DNA of 64,000 nucleotides from Aulosira sp. ZfuVER01 (GCA_034530615.2 JAVRCV020000041.1:160001-224000); one strand, 5' to 3'. Shown: positions 46,734 to 56,810, numbered from the stretch's first letter. Numbers and translations are program-made. Notes: generated by a model from the letters alone, not told the origin.

Positions 46734-47597
46734 ATGAAAGATTTACAAGAAATATTAGCGATCGCTCGTCAGGTAGGATGGGGAGCAGCAGATATACTTC
46801 GGTCTTATTATCACGGGACGGTGAAAGACTCTAATCTCGAAGTGCAATATAAACAAAATGAGCCTGTCACCGTTGCAGATATAGCTACCAGTCAATATAT
46901 TTTAGATAATTTACAAGCAGTTTTAGGGAATGAAGATTTTACTTACATTAGTGAAGAAACTTATAAATCACAACTAAATCACAATAATTCTACCTGGGTA
47001 TGGATTATCGACCCTTTAGATGGCACGCGAGATTTTATCGATAAAACAGGGGACTATGCAATTCACATTGCTTTAGTCAAAGAAACCCGCCCAGTACTTG
47101 CTATTGTTGCAATACCAGAGGCAGAAAAGTTGTATTTTGCTACCAAAGGCGGGGGTACATTTGTCGAAACCCGTAATGGTTCTGCTGCCTTGCAGATGTC
47201 GTTAGGTTTCAGCAAAAAGCGCCTTGAAGATTTAACTTTAGTTGTTAGTCGCTCTCATCGCAATCAAAGATTAAATTACCTGCTGGAAAATTTACCTTGT
47301 AAGAATCAAAAAGCAATTGGCAGTGTAGGTTGCAAAGTTGCAGCTATTGTTGAGCAACAAGCAGATGTGTATATTTCTCTGTCTGGTAAATCTGCGCCTA
47401 AAGATTGGGACATAGCTGCACCAGAATTAATTTTGACAGAGGCTGGCGGTAATTTCACACACTTTGATGGCTCGCCTTTGCAGTACAACACCGATGATAT
47501 TAATCAATGGGGTGGATTGCTAGCCAGTAATGGTCAGTATCACGAAATGCTGTGTAAACAAGCAGAAAGTATTTTAGCCCAATTCCCTAATAGCTAA
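46734..47597 (+). CDS. Inositol monophosphatase / CysQ-family 3'(2'),5'-bisphosphate nucleotidase
   Basis: PVTVAD, SEE, WIIDPLDGTRDF and WDIAA. ATG 46734 is preferred. Confidence 0.9.
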   Translation: MKDLQEILAIARQVGWGAADILRSYYHGTVKDSNLEVQYKQNEPVTVADIATSQYILDNLQAVLGNEDFTYISEETYKSQLNHNNSTWVWIIDPLDGTRDFIDKTGDYAIHIALVKETRPVLAIVAIPEAEKLYFATKGGGTFVETRNGSAALQMSLGFSKKRLEDLTLVVSRSHRNQRLNYLLENLPCKNQKAIGSVGCKVAAIVEQQADVYISLSGKSAPKDWDIAAPELILTEAGGNFTHFDGSPLQYNTDDINQWGGLLASNGQYHEMLCKQAESILAQFPNS

Positions 47598-47880
47598 AGA
47601 GTTGAAGAAGCGGGATTATATCTTAATTTAGGAACTATTCAATTTTTATCGTAGGTAATTACTTTTTGGCAAAAATTTTATGTTGAAAAATGCGACAATC
47701 GTGCAATAATTGGATACGTGCAAAAATATAGCCGTAAACATCAGCTTTCGTGAGCTTGCCTGACGATTTATACCTTTGAAATCCAACTCCGTAGGAGTTA
47801 ATTTTCAAATGCTGTGCTACACTAGCGGATATAAAGATTATTTTCGGTTGAGTTATTCGTTTTGATTTCTCAAAAGCGTC

Positions 47881-47919
47881 TCTCCGAATTTAACTCTCCA
47901 CACTTTCTGAATTCGGAGA
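47881..47919 (+). promoter_or_regulatory. Conserved cyanobacterial rbp 5'-UTR element (TCTCCGAA ... TTCGGAGA) able to occlude the RBS
   Basis: TCTCCGAAT at 47881-47889 is complementary to ATTCGGAGA at 47911-47919, just upstream of the ATG. Confidence 0.75.
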
Positions 47920-47925
47920 CAGAAC

Positions 47926-48228
47926 ATGTCGATTTACGTTGGAAACTTGTCTTATCAGGTAACTGAGGAAGACCTGAAGAGGGCTTTTGCAGAATATGGA
48001 ACGGTGAATCGCGTTCAACTACCTACTGATCGGGAGACAGGTCGGCCACGTGGTTTTGCATTTGTAGAAATGGAAACCGATGCTCAAGAAACAGCTGCTA
48101 TCGATGCACTTGACGGTGCTGAATGGATGGGACGCGATCTAAAAGTTAACAAGGCTAAACCTCGTGAAGAAAGAAGTTCCCCCCGTGGTAACTGGGGCAA
48201 CAACAACCGTAATAATCGCCGCTTCTAA
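47926..48228 (+). CDS. rbp: RRM RNA-binding protein (Rbp family)
   Basis: MSIYVGNL (RNP2) and RGFAFVEM (RNP1), with an Asn/Arg-rich tail. Confidence 0.95.
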   Translation: MSIYVGNLSYQVTEEDLKRAFAEYGTVNRVQLPTDRETGRPRGFAFVEMETDAQETAAIDALDGAEWMGRDLKVNKAKPREERSSPRGNWGNNNRNNRRF

Positions 48229-48260
48229 GCCTGACGCTGAAAACTTAAAAATCTAGAGTC

Positions 48261-48296
48261 TCCAGCAGATAAGGCCAAAGGCTCGTTTCTGCTGGA
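48261..48296 (+). terminator. Stem-loop between rbp and rpsU
   Basis: TCCAGCAGA / TCTGCTGGA inverted repeat followed by a T-rich tract. Confidence 0.6.
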
Positions 48297-48342
48297 ATAT
48301 TTTATTTTGTCTATTCATCCATAATTTAGAGGAGGAATGAGA

Positions 48343-48537
48343 ATGACACAAGTAGTACTAGGAGAGAATGAAGGTATTGAATCAGCTTTACGAAGATTTA
48401 AGCGGGAAGTTTCAAAAGCAGGGATTTTCCAAGATATGCGCAAAAAGCGTCACTTTGAGACACCTCTAGAAAAAGAAAAGCGCAAGGCAGTTGCCAGACA
48501 CAAGCAAAGTCGTAGACAACGTTCTCGCTACAGATAA
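48343..48537 (+). CDS. rpsU: 30S ribosomal protein S21
   Basis: [26 protein letters not shown], with GGAGGA RBS 6 nt upstream of ATG 48343. Confidence 0.94.
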   Translation: MTQVVLGENEGIESALRRFKREVSKAGIFQDMRKKRHFETPLEKEKRKAVARHKQSRRQRSRYR

Positions 48538-48755
48538 AATTTCTTAGAAATTTGCTTTTCGACTAGCTTTTTGTGTTGAACTACTATGCTTGGTGGCTTG
48601 AGGCTCAAAAAGCTCAAATAAGTAGTCAAGACATCAATAAATAAAAATTTTGGTAGTAGCACTGTCTTTGCTTTCAGTGCTACTACAAATTTATGAGCTA
48701 AATGCAATTGGTTATATATCATCACGCAATCTCTGACTCTAGATTTTCAGAACAA

Positions 48756-49493
48756 ATGTTGCGCCTTTATCATCTATTAATTGGTGCTACCTTAGTAGCA
48801 TTGATCCCTGTGGGGGTAAAATATGGTTCTGGGCTAATTTCTGGGAATAATCCAGAGCAGAAACCCCCAGTGGTACAGACATCAACAAAACCTAACCCTA
48901 TTCCTACTGAGGGGAATATTTGGCAGAATCTCCTGGGTAACACCTCAGCACCCAGCGATTGGCAAGTTGCACCTTGTAAGGGTAACGCACCGCTTTTATG
49001 TGTCACCAGCAAAGGAAAACTTTTAGGTACAGTTGAGATTGGGGTTTACCCGTTAGACAAAAATCCGGCTTTCCAAAAGCAGTTAGAAGCAGCTGGTATT
49101 CCACCGGAGAGCAAAGTAGATTACCAAAACCCTCAGTATCAAACCCAACTATTGACAGCACTGAAGGCTTGGGTAGCAGACAACTATAACACGATCGCCA
49201 AAGACCGTCAGGTTACTTATAAAAACCAGATTATTTTCTCACCCCTGCCCCCACAATCAGTAACAATTGGTAAACTTCCTGGAATCCGCTATGGGTTTGC
49301 CGGACTCAAGCAGCAAGGTGGAGTACAGGAGCAACATATCGGTCATGTTACCTTCGATGGTAAGTCACTTTACGTCATTAGTAGCGCCTTTGATCCAGCC
49401 TCCCAAACAGGCAAATTTGATAAGTTAGAAGATTGGGCTATATTCCAACCTTATCTCTATGCGATCGCCACCGATCTGCGCTTACCCAAGTAA
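48756..49493 (+). CDS. Hypothetical exported/membrane-anchored protein
   Basis: N-terminal hydrophobic segment after ATG 48756 and a Cys pair (PCKGNAPLLC). Confidence 0.65.
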   Translation: MLRLYHLLIGATLVALIPVGVKYGSGLISGNNPEQKPPVVQTSTKPNPIPTEGNIWQNLLGNTSAPSDWQVAPCKGNAPLLCVTSKGKLLGTVEIGVYPLDKNPAFQKQLEAAGIPPESKVDYQNPQYQTQLLTALKAWVADNYNTIAKDRQVTYKNQIIFSPLPPQSVTIGKLPGIRYGFAGLKQQGGVQEQHIGHVTFDGKSLYVISSAFDPASQTGKFDKLEDWAIFQPYLYAIATDLRLPK

Positions 49494-49512
49494 ATTTGTG
49501 GTTGGTATTCTC

Positions 49513-50106
49513 TCAAAAAGATCCTACTACCTGTAGCCCAACAAGCGATCCGCCCGCATCATCACTGCTAATTATGGGAAATAATATCAGCCCATGCTTT
49601 TGGCTTAACTCCAATTTCGCTGTCAGATATCCCAGTGCAGCACCCGCCAGCACTTCTGTAATCCGATGACGATTGAGATTTACCCGTGAATAGGCGATAA
49701 GAGACGCACCAGAGTACCAGAGGATCGCAGAACCGGGGTGATAGTGACTTTGTACAGTTGCGATCGCAAATGCTGCTGTTGCATGACAACTAGGGAAACT
49801 ATCGCGGGAGTCGGAATCGGGGCGTTTCACATCGGTGACTTCTTTTAAAGCTATACAAAGTAGAGTACTTGTACCGAGGGAATCTAACGCCCGCAGGGAA
49901 TGTTGTCCGCCTTGTTTACCATCCAGCAACAGCGGTAGGGCGACACCAGCACCTAAATAGAGCGCAGTACCACCTCCAGAGACAAACTCAGACACGTCTT
50001 TGTCAAAAGTATCAGCGATCGCTTTAGGTGGAGACATTATGCAGTATAAGGCAATAAAGGCAGGCCATACTGTTTTGAACCAAGATACAAAAAGCCTATT
50101 CTGCAT
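49513..50106 (-). CDS. PAP2-family phosphatase
   Basis: K..RP, SFPSCH and SRVNLNRH motifs. Confidence 0.85.
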   Translation of the reverse strand: MQNRLFVSWFKTVWPAFIALYCIMSPPKAIADTFDKDVSEFVSGGGTALYLGAGVALPLLLDGKQGGQHSLRALDSLGTSTLLCIALKEVTDVKRPDSDSRDSFPSCHATAAFAIATVQSHYHPGSAILWYSGASLIAYSRVNLNRHRITEVLAGAALGYLTAKLELSQKHGLILFPIISSDDAGGSLVGLQVVGSF

Positions 50107-50268
50107 TTAATTAATGTATAGTAATTTGCAAGATTTACTCATGATTTCGCTCAGATAAAAGCTAAAGAATTATACTATTTTTTAAACATTTATCAACTCA
50201 TATATAGGATTTTTGGTAATGGATAATTGCAAGTATTACCCATTACCTATTAACAACTACGGAGAAGC

Positions 50269-51156
50269 TTAAATTTCAGCTACAGCTCGTTCAATCAGTC
50301 GACGGGCTAGAGTTTGCGTACCAGTGTGTTCGTAGTAATTGGTTGCCACATCCAAAAATGCAGCTAAGTAATCCAATTTGCTATCAGAAAATTCGACAAA
50401 ACTTTGCAAATGACTGACAACTTTTTGTGGTGTTAAATTATTGGAGGCAACAAGACCACCCATCCAACCTTTCACAGAATCAAAGCTTTCACCAATAAAG
50501 TTTAGTTTACTGCCAGCATTGTTGCCGGGGATGACATCTTTGATACTTTGAAAAGTCGAGTTTTGTTCTAACTCTTGGGGATTAGTTTGGCTTATTCCAG
50601 ATATAGCTTTGCTGATGAAGTCTGGCCCCAAGGGGATTAAACCATCAACGCAGACTAAAGCCACCATGCGAATTAAAGACTCACCACTATACTCACCCAA
50701 AGAGGCGACAAAATCGCCAATGCTGTCCCCAGGAATGCCATTGATTTGGCAGAAGGCTACCAACTCAGCCACTAATTTTAAAGTTAAGTCAATGGTTTGG
50801 GCTTTGTCAGGTTTGGGAGTGACAGCGTTTAAAAAACCTAACAAAGGAACTTTCTCTCCCACCTTATTGGCTAAAGCTGCTGCACCAAGAGCTTTATCTG
50901 TGCCATCAACGGTTTGATAAAGCCACAAAGCTGTTTGATATCCTTGGGATTTATCGTTGAAAAGATAAATTGCCCGTTCGCCAATTTGTTGAATTAAGTC
51001 TTCGTCAGTTTCGCCCGTCACAGTTTTAATAGTGTTGACAAAGCCTACAGTATTTTGCCACTGACCTGGAGCCACAAAATCAAGGGCATTCAACATAGAA
51101 ATAGTCAAACCACTGGTTGGGAGTTGATCTACCAACTCAAAAATTGATTTGCTCAA
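50269..51156 (-). CDS. Conserved hypothetical protein
   Basis: 295-aa ORF with AGGAG RBS before a TTG start. No family assigned. Confidence 0.75.
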   Translation of the reverse strand: MSKSIFELVDQLPTSGLTISMLNALDFVAPGQWQNTVGFVNTIKTVTGETDEDLIQQIGERAIYLFNDKSQGYQTALWLYQTVDGTDKALGAAALANKVGEKVPLLGFLNAVTPKPDKAQTIDLTLKLVAELVAFCQINGIPGDSIGDFVASLGEYSGESLIRMVALVCVDGLIPLGPDFISKAISGISQTNPQELEQNSTFQSIKDVIPGNNAGSKLNFIGESFDSVKGWMGGLVASNNLTPQKVVSHLQSFVEFSDSKLDYLAAFLDVATNYYEHTGTQTLARRLIERAVAEI

Positions 51157-51203
51157 AACAATCTCCTATTTAGCTGTTGTAATTTTGATTTCTGTAGTGC
51201 AAG

Positions 51204-51713
51204 TTATTTGAGTTTAGCCAGACCATCAAGATTGAACTTTTCTATCCAAGCTTCCCTGTCTGTTGCTGTAAATGTTGGATCTTTAGAGATGACTTTTACT
51301 TGGTACTTACCTACCAAAATCGAAGTTTGAGTATTACCAAGCGTGACTGCGGGATAACCGCCGACTTTTTTGGTGCTTTTGGAGAATTTCGCGGCTGAAC
51401 CAGGAATACTAGTAGTGTCGGAAATAGCCAGTTGTGCTAAAGTTTTGCCACCTTTTTTCAAGTTTGCTTCCGAAAAGCCTTTTTTCTCTTGAGTATAGAC
51501 GCGCTGATAACCGTCTCCCCCAGTAGGGAAGAATTTGTTCAATTTGCTACCTTGAGTCGCATTTTTAGCAACTGCTTGACCGCTTTTCTGGCGAGTGCTT
51601 TCTTGCTGTGCCTGGTCAAAACGTCCAGGGGTTTTTGGCGTACAGGCTGATGTCAGTAATAATACTGAGATTAACACAGCAGCTAAAATCCTACGTCCAC
51701 GAGGGAAAGTCAT
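51204..51713 (-). CDS. Hypothetical lipoprotein
   Basis: MTFPRGRRILAAVLISVLLLTSAC signal peptide and lipobox. Confidence 0.78.
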   Translation of the reverse strand: MTFPRGRRILAAVLISVLLLTSACTPKTPGRFDQAQQESTRQKSGQAVAKNATQGSKLNKFFPTGGDGYQRVYTQEKKGFSEANLKKGGKTLAQLAISDTTSIPGSAAKFSKSTKKVGGYPAVTLGNTQTSILVGKYQVKVISKDPTFTATDREAWIEKFNLDGLAKLK

Positions 51714-51825
51714 GTTTAGTTTGTCCTTATGCTTGAGCATTGAGGCAATTATCAGCGCTTGTTTGTTCTTTCGCCACAAAATTTACTTTTTGATAATTAT
51801 TGCTGGGTATTTAGAATTACAGAAA

Positions 51826-51881
51826 GTCGGTGGGAAAGCCCACTCCTTCAAAGAGTAAGAAAAACCATCGCCCACCGACTT
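51826..51881. repeat. Short inverted-repeat element (MITE/REP-like)
   Basis: AAGTCGGTGGG ... CCCACCGACTT terminal inverted repeats. Confidence 0.6.
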
Positions 51882-51921
51882 GGGGCATAGAGTATGGGGA
51901 AAGCCACCAATGTCCTATGCG

Positions 51922-52572
51922 CTATTTTGTAGTCCGGGAAGCGATGACGGCATAAAACGGATCTCCTCCAGGTGCGCCCAACCATTGAAGTACAGCCGGG
52001 ATGCTTGGTTTACTGACAATGACTTCTGGGTTAGAAAATCCGGGGACAGAGGCAAAATAGCTTTTGACTAGTTCAACTCTGCTTTCTTCGGATGCATCTC
52101 GCCAAGCTTGAATTGCTTTTTGAAAAAACATCCGGTTAGAAAAGCTGATAATAGCTACACCACCAGGTTTAAGGATGCGGTGGATTTCAGAAAAGACTGC
52201 TTCTGGATATTGCACATATTGTACGGAAACACAGTTGAGAACAGCATCAAAATCTCGATCTTGTAAAGGCAACTGTGGATTATCATTGATATCTTGTACA
52301 AAGTAATGATTTAATCGGGGATTACGTGCTAATTCTTCAGTATTGAGTCCGTGTCCCTCAACATGGGCAAACTGCATTTCTTCCGGCAGATGAGATACCC
52401 AACTGCTCATCATGTCTAAGATGCGTGTGTTAGGTTTGAGACGAACGCGATATACATCTGTTAGCTGTTTAATAAACGCTTCATCAACATGGGTAACAAA
52501 GCGTGGATAGTCATAAAACAGTTTGTCATTTGTGTCATCTAACTTTAGGCGTTGATTTGGTCGAAGTATCAT
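51922..52572 (-). CDS. Class I SAM-dependent methyltransferase
   Basis: FYDYPRFVTH, ILDMMSSWVSH and RILKPGG..SFSNR. Confidence 0.88.
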   Translation of the reverse strand: MILRPNQRLKLDDTNDKLFYDYPRFVTHVDEAFIKQLTDVYRVRLKPNTRILDMMSSWVSHLPEEMQFAHVEGHGLNTEELARNPRLNHYFVQDINDNPQLPLQDRDFDAVLNCVSVQYVQYPEAVFSEIHRILKPGGVAIISFSNRMFFQKAIQAWRDASEESRVELVKSYFASVPGFSNPEVIVSKPSIPAVLQWLGAPGGDPFYAVIASRTTK

Positions 52573-52725
52573 AGCTTAAATGTCTATTTGGGAGGATTTT
52601 TTACCTAACTGAGTTAATTTCAGTTAGGATTTTAATCGAGTAATTTGGATGCTGCTTTACATATTTTAAAAGTAGGATTACAAATAAATAAAATTTACTT
52701 CGCAACATTCAATTCGTACTAATTA

Positions 52726-54399
52726 ATGTTGTACAAAAAACGAGTATTTCCGAGTTTAGAGCGGCAAATTCACCTTTTGGTGAGATTTCCCTATGTCAGT
52801 TTGTTAATTTGGCTACTTCCTTTACTGCTCTGCAATTCTGGACAAAGTAGCTTGATAGCACATGATGAAGGTTATTATGCTGGGCGCGCTCGCCAGATGT
52901 TTGAATCTGGCGATTGGATAGCTCCTTGGGGTAATGCCCATCATAAAACTCCGGGGCCTTATTGGTTAATTGCTAGTTTTTATAGATTATTTGGTGTGAG
53001 CGAATTTAGTGCGCGACTTCCGAGTGCGATCGCAGGGATTTTTTGCTTATTGACTCTATATGAAATTGGCAAAATTCTCTTAGGTCAAAGAATAGCATGG
53101 CTAGCAGCTACTATTTTAAGTGTGGAATTTCTCTGGCTACAATCATGCCGATTAGCTGCACCAGATATTCCGATGATTCTCTTGGTACTTTTAGCTATTT
53201 TATCTTTCTTAAAAGCTGAAATAAATCCTAAACAAAGCTCTTATTGGCTTTTTATTGCTGGGTTAAGTTTTGGTTTGGGCTTCTTAATGAGAAGCTTTAT
53301 GATTTTTTTGCCCATGATGGCTTTATTACCTTATTTAATTGGCGAGCATCGCCGTCATTATCATCTTGCTAATCCAATGTTGTATTTAGGATTGGCAGTG
53401 GGTTTAATTCCTACATTAGCTTGGGTTTGGTTAAGTTGGTTACGCTATGGTTATGAAAGTTTTGATCGGTTGTTAGGATTTGTGGTAGAGCTAGGTTCTG
53501 AAGACCGCAACCATAATGGAGTATTGTACTATTTCTGGAATATTCCTTTAAAAGCCTTTCCTTGGGGTTTTTTCAGTATTTTAGGAATTGCTGTGGCGCT
53601 GCGTCATCCAATTCCTCGCTACCAGTTGATTTTAGTTGGGGTTCCCTTAGTTTGGTTTACTGAACTAAGTATTTTCTCAACACGTCTTTCTCACTATGCT
53701 CTTGGTCTTTATCCTTTTATAGCAATGTTTGCGGCTTTAGGTTTAGACTGGTTGGGCAAAATTTACCAAAGAGGATTTAGACACCAAACAGCTTTTCATC
53801 AAGAGGATAAAGGAAATATTTTAGTTTCATTTATTAGAGAAACTAGAGAGAATCTTCCTCGGAACCTCAGTTATGCTTTTGGTGTACTAGGTATTGTAGT
53901 TTTGCTAGTAAGTACTATTGCCTTAACTTTCAGCAGTAATTTTTTTATTAACCAACGTGCAACCTTAGGTTTAATTTTAGGATTAGGGTGGCTAATGTTA
54001 CCTTTTATGTGGATCGGTCATTACTACTTGGGTAAAAAGTTCTTGACTGATAATTGGTGGATAGCTTGTTGGTTACTTCCCTGCTGGCTAACTTTAGCTA
54101 TGGCTGGTAGCTTAGGCTTGTTAAGCGACTATAACCCTGAATTTAAAGCTTTTTTCCAAAAACCAGCGATCGCCCCTCTTCTCCAGACTCATCCTGTCTC
54201 TTTTGCCCAAGTAGAAGATAAAAACTCTGTACTACTAAATTTCTACACTCCAATTCCTGGCCCTAGGGTAGATGCAATTTCCCAATTACCAGCTTTGAGC
54301 TATGCTTGGATATCTGCACCACAGAACCCGCAATTATCCACTTCTTACCGCGTTATTGCTACACTACAAGAGTACCAGCTGATTCAAGTCCTTCCCTAA
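52726..54399 (+). CDS. ArnT/PMT-family (GT39/GT83) membrane glycosyltransferase
   Basis: HDEGYY, GDWIAP, KTPGPYW, ARLPS and multiple TM segments. Confidence 0.88.
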   Translation: MLYKKRVFPSLERQIHLLVRFPYVSLLIWLLPLLLCNSGQSSLIAHDEGYYAGRARQMFESGDWIAPWGNAHHKTPGPYWLIASFYRLFGVSEFSARLPSAIAGIFCLLTLYEIGKILLGQRIAWLAATILSVEFLWLQSCRLAAPDIPMILLVLLAILSFLKAEINPKQSSYWLFIAGLSFGLGFLMRSFMIFLPMMALLPYLIGEHRRHYHLANPMLYLGLAVGLIPTLAWVWLSWLRYGYESFDRLLGFVVELGSEDRNHNGVLYYFWNIPLKAFPWGFFSILGIAVALRHPIPRYQLILVGVPLVWFTELSIFSTRLSHYALGLYPFIAMFAALGLDWLGKIYQRGFRHQTAFHQEDKGNILVSFIRETRENLPRNLSYAFGVLGIVVLLVSTIALTFSSNFFINQRATLGLILGLGWLMLPFMWIGHYYLGKKFLTDNWWIACWLLPCWLTLAMAGSLGLLSDYNPEFKAFFQKPAIAPLLQTHPVSFAQVEDKNSVLLNFYTPIPGPRVDAISQLPALSYAWISAPQNPQLSTSYRVIATLQEYQLIQVLP

Positions 54400-54444
54400 G
54401 AGAGATGGCAATCAACTGTTGCCAAGAAAGCTTTGTCTAGTTAG

Positions 54445-54469
54445 AATAATATTACGCACACTAAATAAT
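54445..54469. promoter_or_regulatory. Candidate MarR operator upstream of marR
   Basis: AATAATATTACGCACACTAAATAAT, with related copies at 55194-55214 and 55242-55263. Confidence 0.55.
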
Positions 54470-54477
54470 TAGTTGAC

Positions 54478-54945
54478 ATGGTGTCTATATCTAAGGATTC
54501 TGAAGTTTTGGAGTCGTGGCAGCAAGTTCTGGCACCATATAACATTGGCTACCGAATCAAGTTGCTCTCGCAACTGCTGACTCGTAAGTTTACTGAAAAG
54601 CTAGAACCTTTCGGATTGACACCCTTTCACTGGTTAGTATTGTGCTGTTTGTGGGAAGAAGATGGTTTACCAACTTCCAGTATTGGCGACAAGCTCAAAC
54701 AGGTGGGAGGGACTTTAACTGGCGTATTAGATCGCATGGAAGAACGCGGTTTAGTGCGTCGAGAACGAGATATTCACGATCGCCGCATCTGGCGAATTTG
54801 GCTAACGGATGCTGGTAAGGAACTAGAAACAGTTTTACCCCCCCTAGCCGCAGAGTTACGCGATGAAGCCATGTCCGGTATTTCTCATGCTGAACGAGAA
54901 TTATTTTCCCAATTATTGAATCGAGCGATCGCTAATTTGAGTTGA
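54478..54945 (+). CDS. MarR-family transcriptional regulator
   Basis: GLT..WLVL, LTGVLDRMEERGLVRR..DRR..LTDAG. Confidence 0.93.
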   Translation: MVSISKDSEVLESWQQVLAPYNIGYRIKLLSQLLTRKFTEKLEPFGLTPFHWLVLCCLWEEDGLPTSSIGDKLKQVGGTLTGVLDRMEERGLVRRERDIHDRRIWRIWLTDAGKELETVLPPLAAELRDEAMSGISHAERELFSQLLNRAIANLS

Positions 54946-54975
54946 AGGGAACAGGGGGACAAGGGGGACAAGGGG

Positions 54976-55020
54976 GAGCCACTGCGTTGCGCGGGTTCCC
55001 CGCGTTGTAGCAAGCGACGT
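54976..55020 (+). repeat. 45-bp small dispersed repeat within a GGGGACAAG array
   Basis: GAGCCACTGCGTTGCGCGGGTTCCCCGCGTTGTAGCAAGCGACGT. Confidence 0.8.
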
Positions 55021-55193
55021 TGACAAGGGAGCAGGGGAGAAATAACCAATGCCCAATGCCCAATGCCCTTTGACTCTTGACAACCTGAGCGCGAAATCTC
55101 CAAGTTTATTTACGTAACACCTGAGGAAGTCTATCTGTAGAAGAAGCTACAATCACCCAATTGGGTGAAGTACTGTAAAGTTTTGTTTTGCAT

Positions 55194-55263
55194 AATAATA
55201 CTACGCATACGAAGGGAACGATAGATGAAGGCTAGCAATTAAATAATACGTACTCTAAGTAAA
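55194..55263. promoter_or_regulatory. Two candidate MarR operators upstream of the emrA-like gene
   Basis: AATAATACTACGCATACGAAG and AATAATACGTACTCTAAGTAAA resemble the site upstream of marR. Confidence 0.5.
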
Positions 55264-55301
55264 AATCTTAATTTAATCATTGAGTAAGTGGGTTAACAAT
55301 C

Positions 55302-56810
55302 ATGGGCGCTAATTCTTGGAACGGACACAAAAAAGGCAATACCTCTGTTATCGACAAAGAACTAATTACTGATGTAGAGAGTTTAGAGGCTGTTACCGCC
55401 AAGACTTCCGCCAGTGCAGAAGCAACCGTTGTAACTCCCGAAGCTCCTACAGAACCGCAAACTGATGTCCATCAAGAGCCAGAGATAGAGAAAAAGGTTG
55501 ACAAGAAAGGTAAAAAACCGATTGGTTTGATTTTAGCTGGCGTGGGTTTAGGTGCGATCGCTGCTGGTGGTTTTGGTTATCACTACTGGCAATATGCTTC
55601 TACCCACGAATCAACAGATAACGCTACTGTAGTGGGAAACATTCACCAAGTTTCTAGCCGGATTCCTGGAACTGTCAGTCAGGTACTAGTGAATGATAAC
55701 CAACTGGTACAACCAGGACAATTATTAGTCAAACTCGATCCACAAGATTATCAAAGTAAAGTACAGCAAGCGCAAGCAGCGCTAGAAACTGCACGTGGAC
55801 AGGCGCAAGCTGCACAAGCAAATATTGCGTTAGCTTCACAAACCTCTAGTGGTAAAACAACTCAAGCGCAAGGAGATGTCAGCAGTGCTGTCGCCGCAAT
55901 TTCCACAGCGCAAGCCGCAGTTAAAGAAGCCCAAGCTGGGATACCCGCAGCCCAAGCTGAAGTCCAACTAGCGCAAGCCGGGATACCCGCCGCCCAAGCC
56001 CAGGTAGCGCAGGCTGATGCTAATTTGGCAAAAGCCCAAACAGACTACAACCGTTACAACAGTTTGTTTAAAGAAGGCGCAATTGCGCGGCAGCAGCTAG
56101 ATACAGCCAAGGCAGCTTATGATGTAGCCGTAGCACAGAAAAATGCGGCGGTTCAGGGAGTAGAACAAGCACAAGCGAGGTTAGCCTCTGCAAAAGTGGG
56201 TGTAGCAAAAGCCCAATCTCAACTTGCGCAAGCACAACAAGGTGTAACCAGCGCCCAAGCTAAACTAGCAGCCTCTAAAGGAGGATTGCAACAAGCCACC
56301 GCTACCGGACAAGACACCGCAGTTAAACAGAGTCAGTACGAAGCAGCAAAAGCTGCGATCGCGCAAGCGGAAGCATCCCTCAAAGACGCGCAGCTACAGC
56401 TTTCTTACACCAACATTACCGCGCCTAGCGCCGGACGGGTAGGTAGAAAAAACGTGGAAGTTGGGAACCGGGTGCAAGTAGGAACACCATTAATGGCGAT
56501 CGTAGATAACAGCTATTGGGTAGTAGCGAACTTTAAAGAAACCCAATTGAATAAAATGCAGCCCGGAGAACCAGTAGAAATCAAGCTGGATGCTTTTCCT
56601 AATCACCCCTTTACAGGTCGTGTTGACAGTATATCCCCAGCCTCTGGTGCGCAATTTGCTTTATTACCACCAGATAACGCCACTGGTAACTTCACCAAAA
56701 TTGTCCAACGCATTCCTGTCAAAGTAATTTTCGACCAAAAGAGTATCCAGGGATATGAGTCTCGAATTACGCCTGGGATGTCTGCGGAAATTGCTGTAGA
56801 GGTTAAATAA
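55302..56810 (+). CDS. HlyD/EmrA-family membrane fusion protein
   Basis: TM, STDNA, long Ala/Gln coiled coil, ANFKETQL and LLPPDNATGNFTKIVQRIPV. Confidence 0.93.
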   Translation: MGANSWNGHKKGNTSVIDKELITDVESLEAVTAKTSASAEATVVTPEAPTEPQTDVHQEPEIEKKVDKKGKKPIGLILAGVGLGAIAAGGFGYHYWQYASTHESTDNATVVGNIHQVSSRIPGTVSQVLVNDNQLVQPGQLLVKLDPQDYQSKVQQAQAALETARGQAQAAQANIALASQTSSGKTTQAQGDVSSAVAAISTAQAAVKEAQAGIPAAQAEVQLAQAGIPAAQAQVAQADANLAKAQTDYNRYNSLFKEGAIARQQLDTAKAAYDVAVAQKNAAVQGVEQAQARLASAKVGVAKAQSQLAQAQQGVTSAQAKLAASKGGLQQATATGQDTAVKQSQYEAAKAAIAQAEASLKDAQLQLSYTNITAPSAGRVGRKNVEVGNRVQVGTPLMAIVDNSYWVVANFKETQLNKMQPGEPVEIKLDAFPNHPFTGRVDSISPASGAQFALLPPDNATGNFTKIVQRIPVKVIFDQKSIQGYESRITPGMSAEIAVEVK

